Part shown: positions 19,938 through 28,586 of the stretch, piece after piece | Numbering within the stretch: position 1 is the first letter of the stretch | Layout: each line of letters opens with the position of its first letter | Origin: Eubacteriales bacterium | GTDB lineage: Bacteria; Bacillota; Clostridia; Oscillospirales; CAG-272 | Length of the DNA: 64,000 nt | Reading direction: 5' to 3' | Assembly: GCA_045657205.1 (NCBI GenBank) | Contig: JAZOSS010000057.1 | Location: 2,666 to 66,665 of the forward strand | Notes under the pieces: model-generated | The model's database searches: none | What the model saw: the letters and a program-made list of their open reading frames with translations, nothing else | What the model was told of the DNA's origin: nothing | Position numbers and translations under genes: made by a program

Positions 19938-21131
19938 ATGAAAAACACGGAATTTGATTTTGGAAATCTGAAAGAAAACACGGAAGAAAACAGGCAAAAA
20001 GGTGCAAGAAGGCAAGCCGTATACAAAGCTTTCAAAACATACGGGATATATCCCGTAACGCTGTTTTGTCTTTTGTTCGGGCTTATCTTTACACTTGAAG
20101 ACGGAATGAGTATGGTTTTGGGAAATATCTCTGTAACGACGTCGCAAAGTGTGCAAACGTATCCCTTAACAGAAGATGACACGGTTCAGGAAACACTCGG
20201 CGAAAATATCGACGTATTTGAATCTCCCTACGTTATAGGACTTGACGATTCCGAGCCGCTTGCCCTGACGGAATATTATTATCTGAACCGTGACGTTTTA
20301 CCCGACAATATATACGGATTTAATTACAATCTCATACCCGAAGGACATCTCGGAATAATTCCGATATCCCTTGCAAAAGATCACGACGGAGAAAAGCTTT
20401 ATATAAAAAACAGTTCTTCGTACGATATAGACACGGACGATTATACAGACTTTACCCTCCCCGAATACAAAGAAACAGACGAATATACCGTTTTGATAGT
20501 TCATACCCACGGCACGGAAGCGTACACTCCCGACGGGGTACTTTCGGACGATCCCGACGATCCATATTCCACACGGTCAACGGACAACACGGAAAACGTC
20601 GTCTCCGTAGGTGCGATTATGGCTGAAATATTTGAAAAAAACGGTATAAGGACTCTGCACTGTGATATTGCGCTTGACACGACCGTGGATGATTATAAAA
20701 ATGCGTATTCCGCAAGCAAAAAAGTAATAAAGGATGCCCTGAAAGAGCACCCCTCGATAAAATACATTTTTGACGTCCACCGCGACGGACTTATGCTTTC
20801 AAGCGGAGAAAAGGCTAAGGTCATATGCGAAGTTGACGGAAAGCTTGCCGCACAGGTAATGTGCGTTGTCGGCACGGACAGTCTCGGTGCCGACCACAAA
20901 AATTGGGGAGAAAATCTTTCATTCGCCCTGCTTTTGCAAAGAAAGCTTGAAGAAAAATACACGGATCTGTGCCGTCCTTCAAATATCAAAAAAAGCACGT
21001 ACAATCAGCAGTACACACCGTACAGCTTACTGCTTGAAATGGGCACCGACGGCAACACTTTGGAAGAAGCACAGTATACAGCCGAAATAGTGGCAAAAGA
21101 GCTGTGCCTGCTTATAAAGGGAGATCAATAG
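19938..21131 (+). CDS. spoIIP: Stage II sporulation protein P
   Basis: 397 aa with an N-terminal TM segment. The amidase-like core VLIVHTHGTEAY and IFDVHRDG is typical of SpoIIP. It lies directly downstream of gpr. Confidence 0.85.
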   Translation: MKNTEFDFGNLKENTEENRQKGARRQAVYKAFKTYGIYPVTLFCLLFGLIFTLEDGMSMVLGNISVTTSQSVQTYPLTEDDTVQETLGENIDVFESPYVIGLDDSEPLALTEYYYLNRDVLPDNIYGFNYNLIPEGHLGIIPISLAKDHDGEKLYIKNSSSYDIDTDDYTDFTLPEYKETDEYTVLIVHTHGTEAYTPDGVLSDDPDDPYSTRSTDNTENVVSVGAIMAEIFEKNGIRTLHCDIALDTTVDDYKNAYSASKKVIKDALKEHPSIKYIFDVHRDGLMLSSGEKAKVICEVDGKLAAQVMCVVGTDSLGADHKNWGENLSFALLLQRKLEEKYTDLCRPSNIKKSTYNQQYTPYSLLLEMGTDGNTLEEAQYTAEIVAKELCLLIKGDQ

Positions 21132-21646
21132 AGTCCTTCGCCCATTAAGAACGAATATATAAATTTATAAAGATGCTCCGGGTTTTCGGTAAAGTTTTTT
21201 TCCATTCGCTTCGCCTGAAAATCCGTTTCGGCATTTACTGTCACGGAGATGACACGGTTGCCTCTTCTGAATATCTGAAGCTCAAGGTCAACTGTGTCGT
21301 CTTCTCTTGCTTTAAGTGCTGTTTTGATTTTCGTTTTACTTTTGTCAAAAGCCAAAAACTGCATGGCGTGGCGTATTCCGTTTTCACGGACGTAGCCCGA
21401 TATATCACCCTTCAGCGTTCTTGCAATAAATTCACCCGACGGGGTTATCTCATACATATCCCCTTCGGTATTCTTCACAAAGCCCGCTTTTTTAAGTTCT
21501 TCAAATTGGTCTATAAAATCGTAGTTGCTTACAAAATCGTCTTGTAAAACGATATCGTTTATCTGGGAATACTTAAGCGGAAGATCCACGTAATTCATAA
21601 GCGTGAGTATGTAAAGCTTTACGTCAGCCGGTTCTTTAAGTTTCAA
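21125..21646 (-). CDS. Hypothetical protein, DUF4364-like (family recalled from memory)
   Basis: I placed the start at TTG 21646 (MKLKEPADVKLYIL), 8 nt after GAGAGG. The track extension to 21763 is hydrophobic junk running into the divergent promoter. Its 3' end overlaps the spoIIP stop by 7 nt. Confidence 0.6.
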   Translation of the reverse strand: MKLKEPADVKLYILTLMNYVDLPLKYSQINDIVLQDDFVSNYDFIDQFEELKKAGFVKNTEGDMYEITPSGEFIARTLKGDISGYVRENGIRHAMQFLAFDKSKTKIKTALKAREDDTVDLELQIFRRGNRVISVTVNAETDFQAKRMEKNFTENPEHLYKFIYSFLMGEGLY

Positions 21647-21756
21647 TTTGTCTACCTCTCGGAACAATAAATAATGTACGGGAATAATTCTACCACAAAT
21701 TTGGGCAAAAAAACAATATTTTGCTGTAAAAATAGTAAATTTTTTTTGAATATCTA

Positions 21757-21784
21757 TTGACATTGTTAAAAATTATGTTATAAT
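21757..21784 (+). promoter_or_regulatory. Sigma-A-type promoter with extended -10, for the sigma-factor gene
   Basis: TTGACA (21757-21762), a 16-nt spacer, then TGtTATAAT (21776-21784). Confidence 0.65.
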
Positions 21785-21827
21785 GTACATAAAGATATTG
21801 ATAAGATGTGAAAGGGGCGGGAGTAAC

Positions 21828-22385
21828 ATGTGCCAAGAATCTGATGTTACACTTGCCAAAAACGGCGATAAAGATGCGTTTGTAAGGCTTCTTGAAGCCT
21901 ACACTCCGCTTATTTCTTCACTTTCGAGTCAGTTTTACTCCGATGACACGTCGGCAAACGTCGGTATGGACGACCTTATGCAGGAGGCAAGTATTGCTTT
22001 TTATAATGCAGTGCTTTCGTATACAGAAGGAAAAAATACCACGTTCGGTCTTTATGCAAAGATCTGCATAAGAAACCGTCTTGTGTCGTATATGCGCCGT
22101 ATGTGCGTCGGCATTGACGTCAAGACCGAGGATATTGAAAAGCTTATCGACTCATCCGTTGCACCGCAAACGGACGGCCCGCTTGAGCTTCTTATATCAG
22201 AGGAAGAAGTAAAAACGATGCAGGAAAATATACGCTCCGTTCTTACAGATTATGAATACAGCGTATTTTCCCTTTTCGTCCAGGGAACGTCGGTATCCGA
22301 AATAGCATCGGAACTTAATGCAGGAGAAAAGTCTGTGCACAACGCTATTTCAAGAGTCAGAAGCAAGCTTAAAAAAATGTATTAA
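21828..22385 (+). CDS. Sigma-70 family RNA polymerase sigma factor (small, SigH/ECF-like)
   Basis: Region 2-like DDLMQEASIAFYNAVLSY...FGLYAKICIRNRL and region 4 HTH LTDYEYSVFSLFVQGTSVSEIASELNAGEKSVHNAISRVRSKL. The start is set at ATG 21828 after AAAGGGG. Confidence 0.8.
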   Translation: MCQESDVTLAKNGDKDAFVRLLEAYTPLISSLSSQFYSDDTSANVGMDDLMQEASIAFYNAVLSYTEGKNTTFGLYAKICIRNRLVSYMRRMCVGIDVKTEDIEKLIDSSVAPQTDGPLELLISEEEVKTMQENIRSVLTDYEYSVFSLFVQGTSVSEIASELNAGEKSVHNAISRVRSKLKKMY

Positions 22386-22489
22386 TATGTCCTGGTAGCT
22401 TAAGCAGAGCGTTGATTTTCAAAGGTGGCGGTCTGAATCCGTCCGGGGGCAAAAAATATTTTTATCCAAATTAAAGCGAGGTACCAAAA

Positions 22490-22771
22490 ATGTACGAAGA
22501 CAAGAAGTTGGTTTGTAAAGATTGTAACGAAGAATTCATCTTTACAGCAGGTGAGCAGGCTTTCTATGCTGAAAGAGGCTTCCAGAACGAACCCCAAAGA
22601 TGCAAGCGTTGCCGTGATGCAAGAAAAAATGCAGGCAAGCCCCCCAGAGAATACCACACAGCTGTTTGCGCTAAGTGCGGCGGAGAAGCAAAGATTCCCT
22701 TCCAGCCCAGCAACGACAGACCTGTATATTGCAGCGAATGCTTCGCAGCAATGAAGAACGCTGAAGAATAA
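22490..22771 (+). CDS. Zinc-ribbon protein (CxxC-x17-CxxC repeat family)
   Basis: 93 aa with two CxxC pairs per half (CKDC...CKRC and CAKC...CSEC). Confidence 0.75.
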   Translation: MYEDKKLVCKDCNEEFIFTAGEQAFYAERGFQNEPQRCKRCRDARKNAGKPPREYHTAVCAKCGGEAKIPFQPSNDRPVYCSECFAAMKNAEE

Positions 22772-22949
22772 TTCTTTACCGTTCCAAACACCTTTTGCAA
22801 AGTTTTTAATAAAGATGTTTACAAATTTCAGCAGAGATATTGCATCTCTGCCGATTTGTGTTATAATAAGATAGTAAAGATCAACGACTGCCGAAGGTTA
22901 CCCTTTGAAAGCGTCAATAGATATAATTCAACCAAAGGAGATAGCTTAT

Positions 22950-23477
22950 ATGGGAAAAATTCTCGGTTCCTGGAGCGGAATGAGAAAATATCTTGAAGAA
23001 GATATGCTTGCACAGTCATTGCAAGGCAGAATAAGATACGGCTGTACTTCTTACACAGGAATGGATGGATGCCGTTTTTTTGAAGTATGTATTGATAAAA
23101 AGCAGGTAAAGCGTTTCTCCTGGGAGACCGTAAACACATATTTTATCGACAACGGATACAAAAAAAATTCCTCTCCGTACGGCATAGGTGAGTATTGGGA
23201 AGAATTTCATTCTCTGCTGAAAAAATACCCCGTAAGCGAACGTACGGAATATACCGACGAAGAATTTTGCAACGCCTTGGAAACATACCGTAACCAAGAT
23301 ATTCAAGAAAGCATATTTTCGGGCGATCCTATCGTCAGAATGTTTGCAATTCTTGACAGGAGAACAGGAAAAAGAACCCTGCAAAAATTGCAAGCTTCTA
23401 TCGAAGACAGTCCTGAATGGCTTCGTCAATTTTACTTATTAAGGCTAAATGCAGAAACTACATGGCTGGCTCATTAA
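22950..23477 (+). CDS. Conserved hypothetical protein (resembles the Firmicute SF0329-type family, from memory)
   Basis: AAAGGAGA RBS 8 nt before ATG 22950. The N-terminus MGKILGSWSGMRKYLEEDMLAQSLQGRIRYGCTSYTGMDGC matches a recurrent uncharacterised family. Confidence 0.65.
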   Translation: MGKILGSWSGMRKYLEEDMLAQSLQGRIRYGCTSYTGMDGCRFFEVCIDKKQVKRFSWETVNTYFIDNGYKKNSSPYGIGEYWEEFHSLLKKYPVSERTEYTDEEFCNALETYRNQDIQESIFSGDPIVRMFAILDRRTGKRTLQKLQASIEDSPEWLRQFYLLRLNAETTWLAH

Positions 23478-23553
23478 TAGTAAGAAATCGACTCAGAACT
23501 GTTGAAGTTTATTCATCAGAAAATATTAAATTCTTTTTATTATTACACTATAA

Positions 23554-23646
23554 GCGCCCTGTCCGCACCCCCACAGCACGCAGTAGTTCGCTTCACGAAC
23601 TACTGCGTGCTGCCTGCGGACAAGGGGCGCACACCGCAAGCGGTGT
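23554..23646. repeat. GC-rich imperfect palindrome (about 31 bp of stem) plus an adjacent mini-hairpin
   Basis: Outer arms are GCGCCCTGTCCGCA / TGCGGACAAGGGGCGC. A perfect 17-bp inner stem CAGCACGCAGTAGTTCG / CGAACTACTGCGTGCTG closes a CTTCA loop. ACACCGCAAGCGGTGT follows at 23631-23646. Confidence 0.8.
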
Positions 23647-23689
23647 ATTGAGAACCCGTTTTGTTGTTTTATATTCTTTTTTGATGAAA

Positions 23690-23826
23690 CAAAAAAGAAA
23701 TCGGCTCAAGTTTCGTTTTCACCGTATTATTTACAACCTATAAAAAACACTTGCTTATCTTTTTGGATATGCAAGTGTTTTTGTGTAATTGTAACAAGTG
23801 ATTTATCTAAAAATTAACTTGAGCCG
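23690..23826 (-). terminator. Compound (nested) terminator downstream of the tail-fibre-like operon
   Basis: An 11-bp outer stem CGGCTCAAGTT (23702-23712) / AACTTGAGCCG (23816-23826) encloses an 11-bp hairpin AAAACACTTGC / GCAAGTGTTTT (23744-23781). On the minus strand the outer stem is followed by ATTTCTTTTTT. Confidence 0.55.
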
Positions 23827-23879
23827 GCCCCGTTCATTTTTATATAGAAAATTTTATTATAAAAAAGCGATTTTTATAT

Positions 23880-24353
23880 TTAGTTTTCTTTACCCGTTAC
23901 AACAGTAAAATAATTTTCCAAAAGCTCCGACGGCATATTGTAAAGCACGGTACCTTCATTCGTATCGTCACGTATGCACAGATAAAGAGTATCTCCTTCA
24001 AGATAATATTTATCCTTAAAATATCTTAGTCCCGCCTTTGCCTTCACGGGATCAAGCGGTGTTCCCTCAAATTCGGGCGGCAGATATTCCCAAAGCGTAT
24101 GCGCTGCTGACGGTATCCAGGCGGAATTTGACGTATGCGCCTGCAAGCACTTATACACATCGCCCTCATACACCGCCGTACTGCCGAGAGAATACTGTTT
24201 ATTTTCTTCCCAGACAGGAAGAGATGAGCTTATTCTGTTAAGCTCCTTTGCTGTCAAAACCTCGGAGAGCATCTGATTTTCCGATATACAGAGTTTTTCA
24301 AGCACCTTCATTTTTTCGTTATACGCATACACCGCACGTTTAAGTCTTTGCAT
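23880..24353 (-). CDS. CBM5/12-type carbohydrate-binding domain protein (phage tail accessory-like)
   Basis: 157 aa. The segment YSLGSTAVYEGDVYKCLQAHTSNSAWIPSAAHTLWEY closely follows the chitin-binding CBM5/12 pattern (..Y.G..YKCLQ.HTS...W.PS....LW). Its start is coupled to the upstream stop through TAATG. Confidence 0.75.
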   Translation of the reverse strand: MQRLKRAVYAYNEKMKVLEKLCISENQMLSEVLTAKELNRISSSLPVWEENKQYSLGSTAVYEGDVYKCLQAHTSNSAWIPSAAHTLWEYLPPEFEGTPLDPVKAKAGLRYFKDKYYLEGDTLYLCIRDDTNEGTVLYNMPSELLENYFTVVTGKEN

Positions 24354-25726
24354 TATCCCTCACCTCCTTCCGCCAGGAGTGTGAGCTGTGTTTTAAGCTC
24401 TTCTATATCGCTTTTCAGCGAATCTATGACGAGAATCGTGTCGGCGTTGTAAGATATCTCAAACGGCACACGGCGAACGTTTACATTTACCTTTGAAGCA
24501 GTAAAAGTTATTTCAGCCGGTGATACTTTATCCACGAACGGTTCTGCATATTCATAATAAACGGTTATATCCGTACCGTTTTCAATTTCACGGTCAATAA
24601 GCGAATAAAACAGTTCTTTTGCCTCATCGCCGCCAAGCTTTTCATCTCCGTATGTAAAATTCATATTTCCGTCATCGTAATAACAGCCATTTTCACATTC
24701 ATCAAGTGTCCCGCACCTTACAAAATGTGTACAAAGCGCATTTATTCCCTTTTTGCCTCGCGGATACATTTCAGACGTATCCGTAAAAATATTTGTATTT
24801 TTATCCGAAGTATTTACGACGCTCACATTGTAAGGAATACTTCCGCAGTCACCGCTTACAGCATCAACAAGAAACAGTTCACCGTAGAGCTTTTTGAATT
24901 TTGCAACGCCTACTCTGTGAATGACTTCGCCTTTTACGACGTCGTAAGTGTCCTTCACTTCATCGTCAAGAGAATATAAAATTATGTCCTTTCCGGGCGA
25001 TATATTATTTGAACCGACAAGTATTCTCGAAGGTCTTTGACTTGAAAAATACGAAGGGGTATCGGGGGATTTTCCATTCGTTGGAACCGTCTCCTGTGTT
25101 TTTCCCAATAACATAAAATGAAAAAGTTTAGAACCGACGAGTACGTTATCGAGAGTTGTCGATGCCGCCACACCGTCGCTTTTGCAGAACACTCTGTAAA
25201 CATTTGCGTAATTTATTGAATGTTCGTAAAGCTCTTTTGCAAGCTCTTGTCTTTCAAGTTCAGCCAAATTGCGTTTTTCTTCAGCAATTACTCTTTCTTT
25301 TTCCTTTTCGGTTACCGAATTTACTTCTTCAAGAAGCTCCGACTGTTCATTTTCCAACTCATCGTAACGGGAGATAAGCTGTAAATATACGTCCTCTACA
25401 GGTTCTGCAGGTGTGCCGTTCGGTGTAAGTATACTGCTTCGGCACGGTATTTTTGCAGGGGCTGTCGTACGCACTGCCGGTGCGTACACACCGAGATATA
25501 CAGCAGGCGGCGATATTATCTCGCGCGGAATAAGCACCGTATTGCTGTTCGGCAAAATAACGTCAACGTAGTTTTTGCCGTTTGTAAATCTTACCGTTTT
25601 CGTTACACCTTCCCACTCCCCGTCAAAAGTGAAATGGACGGAATAATCCGAATTGTCACATATGGCAGGTGGCAGGTCTTTTATTGACGTAAGTGTTTTG
25701 TTTTCGATTTTAAAATCAAATTGCAT
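24353..25726 (-). CDS. Phage tail-fibre / receptor-binding-like protein
   Basis: About 457 aa from ATG 25726 (MQFDFKIENK), after a GGAAAGGA RBS. The N-terminal beta-rich domain, central coiled coil (EQSELLEEVNSVTEKEKERVIAEEKRNLAELERQELAKEL) and C-terminal globular domain fit siphophage tail-fibre architecture. The track extension to 25819 covers the promoter. Confidence 0.65.
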   Translation of the reverse strand: MQFDFKIENKTLTSIKDLPPAICDNSDYSVHFTFDGEWEGVTKTVRFTNGKNYVDVILPNSNTVLIPREIISPPAVYLGVYAPAVRTTAPAKIPCRSSILTPNGTPAEPVEDVYLQLISRYDELENEQSELLEEVNSVTEKEKERVIAEEKRNLAELERQELAKELYEHSINYANVYRVFCKSDGVAASTTLDNVLVGSKLFHFMLLGKTQETVPTNGKSPDTPSYFSSQRPSRILVGSNNISPGKDIILYSLDDEVKDTYDVVKGEVIHRVGVAKFKKLYGELFLVDAVSGDCGSIPYNVSVVNTSDKNTNIFTDTSEMYPRGKKGINALCTHFVRCGTLDECENGCYYDDGNMNFTYGDEKLGGDEAKELFYSLIDREIENGTDITVYYEYAEPFVDKVSPAEITFTASKVNVNVRRVPFEISYNADTILVIDSLKSDIEELKTQLTLLAEGGEG

Positions 25727-25790
25727 TTGTTCCTTTCCATCGGCAAGTGCCGATTTTTTCGGGCGGAAAGCGAACATATGTTCTTTTTTG

Positions 25791-25819
25791 ATTATACCAC
25801 AAAACTTATTTTTTGTCAA
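25791..25819 (-). promoter_or_regulatory. Sigma-A-type promoter with extended -10 for the tail-fibre-like operon
   Basis: On the minus strand: TTGACA (25819-25814), a 17-nt spacer, then TGgTATAAT (-10 at 25796-25791). Confidence 0.65.
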
Positions 25820-25852
25820 TAGAAATTATTAAAACACATCGTATTGCCCAGC

Positions 25853-26749
25853 TTAATTGCTCGGCAATACGTCCTCATACGCTTTTATTATCTTGTCGTG
25901 CGTTTCGTTTTTGCACCTTATAAGCGGCAGGCGTAATTCATCGGAACACACACCCATATGCGCTAAAAGCGTTTTTATTCCGATAGGATTTGTTTCCTTA
26001 CCGAGTGCGTTTATCAGCGGATATATTTTTTCAAACTCAGCCTTTGCCCCGTCAATATCCCCTAAAGTAAATTTGTCATAAATTTTTTGCACAGCACGCG
26101 GCAAAGCGTTTGAAATAACGCTTACACAGCCCTTTGCCCCCAAAGAAAGAAACGGCAGTATGAGATTATCGTTTCCGCAGTATATATCGCATCCCGAAAG
26201 ACTTGTGAGCTTTTCGGCTATATCGTTTATATCTGTGGATGCTTCCTTCAGTGCGCTTATATTTTCGTGTGCGAACAGAAGCTCTGCCGTTTTGCAGGAG
26301 ATATTAACCCCCGTGCGTGACGGCACGTTATACATCATTAAAGGTATATCGACAGCCTCCGCAACGGAAAGATAATGACGGATAAGTCCCTCCTGCGGAG
26401 GTTTATTATAATACGGCGTTACGGTAAGTATACCGTTTACACCTATCCTTTGTGCGGAAAGTGCTGAATTTACCGCCCCGGTTGTATCGGCACCGCCGCA
26501 GCCCGCTATAACGAACGCCCTGCCGTCTATGCAGTTGACGGCAAAATCAAGTATTTTTTCTCTTTCCGTCGGCGTTATGGCAGGGCTTTCACCCGTTGTA
26601 CCGAGTATAACTATTCCGTCAACTCCCGCTTTTATCTGTCCTTTTATAAGTGACTTGAAAGACGGATAATCCACCTGCATATTTGCAAAAGGCGTGACGA
26701 GTGCGCTTATCACACCGTGCGGAAACCGCTTTTTATCTGTATAGTTCAT
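25853..26749 (-). CDS. dapA: 4-hydroxy-tetrahydrodipicolinate synthase
   Basis: 298 aa. GVISALVTPF...GIVILGTTGESPAIT and the rest of the sequence are typical DapA. Confidence 0.9.
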   Translation of the reverse strand: MNYTDKKRFPHGVISALVTPFANMQVDYPSFKSLIKGQIKAGVDGIVILGTTGESPAITPTEREKILDFAVNCIDGRAFVIAGCGGADTTGAVNSALSAQRIGVNGILTVTPYYNKPPQEGLIRHYLSVAEAVDIPLMMYNVPSRTGVNISCKTAELLFAHENISALKEASTDINDIAEKLTSLSGCDIYCGNDNLILPFLSLGAKGCVSVISNALPRAVQKIYDKFTLGDIDGAKAEFEKIYPLINALGKETNPIGIKTLLAHMGVCSDELRLPLIRCKNETHDKIIKAYEDVLPSN

Positions 26750-26871
26750 TTCGTACCCCGTAATAAATAACAGTTGAAATTTTCACATTATATCAATATA
26801 ATATGAAAATCCCATATATATTTTATTCGGGATGTTTTTAATTGCCAATCTTAATTTTCAAAGGGGAGCAA

Positions 26872-27939
26872 ATGAATAACGACGGACTTTCAACAAAGGA
26901 TTATTTTTACCACCTGCCCGAGGAGCTTATCGCACAGTCACCGGCAGAAAAAAGAGATGCCTCGCGCCTTATGTGCGTTGACAGAAAAACAGGAGAGATA
27001 TCGCACCGCATATTCCACGATATAAAAGAGTTTCTCGTCCCCGGAGACGTACTTGTAATAAACAATTCAAAGGTAATTCCCGCAAGAATACTCGGTGAAA
27101 AAAAGAAAAAAGAAGACAGCGTGTCAGACGGTGCGAAGGTTGAGCTTCTTTTGCTCAGAGCACGCGGAAACGACGTATGGGAATGTATCGTACATCCCGG
27201 AAAACGTCTGAAAAAGGGTGCTGAAATGACTTTTTCGGGAATACTCGAAGCTGTGATAGAAGAAGTGCTTGATAACGGAAACAGAACCGTAAGCTTTAAA
27301 TACGACAAAAAAAAGTACGGAAACATCTTTGCCGTTCTGGACAAGGTCGGAAGTATGCCGACACCGCCGTATATAACGAAAAAGCTTGAAGACAAGAGCA
27401 GATATCAGACGGTCTACGCCGACAAAAACGGCCCGGCGGCTGCCCCCACGGCAGGACTTCACTTTACAAAAGAACTGCTTTCGGAAATTGAAGAAATGGG
27501 CGTCAAGGTCGTGCCCGTAATGCTTCACGTCGGGCTCGGCACGTTCCGTCCCGTAAAGGTCGATAACATAAAAGAGCATAAAATGCACTCGGAATATTTT
27601 GAAATTTCCGAAGAAAGCGCAAACATAATAAACACGGCAAAGAAAAACGGATCGAGAATAATTTCCGTAGGTACGACGTCAACACGTGTACTTGAAAGCG
27701 CATCGGATGATGACGGCACGCTTCACGCAATGAGCAAGGACACGGATATATTTATTTACCCCGGGTACAAATTCAAGGTCGTGGATGGACTTATAACGAA
27801 CTTCCACCTGCCCGAAAGCACCCTGCTTATGCTCGTGTCTGCGTTTTCATCGAGGGATATAATGCTTAACGCATACGACGTTGCGGTAAATGAAAAATAC
27901 CGCTTCTTCTCCTTCGGAGATGCGATGTTTATATGTTGA
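26872..27939 (+). CDS. queA: S-adenosylmethionine:tRNA ribosyltransferase-isomerase
   Basis: [22 protein letters not shown] at the N-terminus, MPTPPYI, and [10 protein letters not shown]. The start is set at ATG 26872 after AAAGGGGA. Confidence 0.9.
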   Translation: MNNDGLSTKDYFYHLPEELIAQSPAEKRDASRLMCVDRKTGEISHRIFHDIKEFLVPGDVLVINNSKVIPARILGEKKKKEDSVSDGAKVELLLLRARGNDVWECIVHPGKRLKKGAEMTFSGILEAVIEEVLDNGNRTVSFKYDKKKYGNIFAVLDKVGSMPTPPYITKKLEDKSRYQTVYADKNGPAAAPTAGLHFTKELLSEIEEMGVKVVPVMLHVGLGTFRPVKVDNIKEHKMHSEYFEISEESANIINTAKKNGSRIISVGTTSTRVLESASDDDGTLHAMSKDTDIFIYPGYKFKVVDGLITNFHLPESTLLMLVSAFSSRDIMLNAYDVAVNEKYRFFSFGDAMFIC

Positions 27940-27988
27940 AATCCGCACATAAAGCACCCGAAAACAAGAATTTTATACGCATAATATG

Positions 27989-28017
27989 TTGACAATATAA
28001 TCATAGTATGATATAAT
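27989..28017 (+). promoter_or_regulatory. Sigma-A-type promoter with extended -10 for dinJ-yafQ
   Basis: TTGACA (27989-27994), a 17-nt spacer, then TGaTATAAT (-10 at 28012-28017). Confidence 0.7.
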
Positions 28018-28039
28018 ATCATTGAAAGGAGTTGATATT

Positions 28040-28321
28040 ATGCCTAAAGTATCAGCAAATATAAGCATTGATGCCGAAACAAAAGTAAAGGCGCAGGCGA
28101 TGCTTGCCGAATTCGGAATGGATCTGTCTACTGCTGTAAATATTTTTCTTCGTCAGATGATCTACGAGGGCAAGATTCCGTTTTCAATCACCAGAGAAGT
28201 TCCTAACAAGATAACAGTTGATGCAATAAATGAAGCGAAAGAAATATTGAATTTCCCCGAAAAGTATAAAAAGTATGACAGCGTAGACAGTATGATGGAG
28301 GACATTCTGGGTGAAGTATGA
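28040..28321 (+). CDS. dinJ: Type II antitoxin, RelB/DinJ family
   Basis: 93 aa from ATG 28040, after an AAAGGAG RBS. ISIDAETKVKAQAMLAEFGMDLSTAVNIFLRQM is a DinJ-type ribbon-helix-helix. It overlaps the toxin start by 11 nt. Confidence 0.85.
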   Translation: MPKVSANISIDAETKVKAQAMLAEFGMDLSTAVNIFLRQMIYEGKIPFSITREVPNKITVDAINEAKEILNFPEKYKKYDSVDSMMEDILGEV

Positions 28322-28586
28322 GATCGTTCCTTCAAATCAATTCAAAAAGGACTTGAAGACAGCACATAAGCGCGGATATGACCTTGATAAAATCAAAAAA
28401 GTGATCGCCGCACTTGCAAGCGGTGAAACCCTTGATCCCAAATACCGCGATCACTCTTTGGCGGGAAATTACAGCGGTTGCCGGGAATGTCATATTCAGC
28501 CGGATTGGCTGCTCGTATATCAAGTAAATGAAGACCGTCTGATCTTACTTTTGATCAGAACCGGTACGCACAGCGACTTATTTTGA
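28311..28586 (+). CDS. yafQ: Type II toxin, YafQ/RelE-family mRNA interferase
   Basis: 91 aa with a GTG start. FKKDLKTAHKRGYDLDKIKKVI...DHSLAGNYSGCRECHIQPDWLLVY...LLIRTGTHSDLF is a canonical YafQ pattern. Confidence 0.88.
   Translation: MKYEIVPSNQFKKDLKTAHKRGYDLDKIKKVIAALASGETLDPKYRDHSLAGNYSGCRECHIQPDWLLVYQVNEDRLILLLIRTGTHSDLF

Noticed and set aside
23554-23630. Integron attC site, or a DGR/retron-associated hairpin, next to the tail-fibre-like gene.
   Set aside because: There are no RYYYAAC/GTTRRRY boundary motifs. The window has no integrase or reverse transcriptase, and I saw no template/variable repeat pair.
24353-25819. Long ORF-track N-termini for 24353-25819. The same issue affects 34274-34795, 8593-9456, 21125-21763, 56929-57618, 38549-38941 and 26842-27939.
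   Set aside because: The extensions run across consensus -35/-10 boxes, the CIRCE operator or a T-box leader, and they lack an RBS. Internal starts with good Shine-Dalgarno spacing were preferred.
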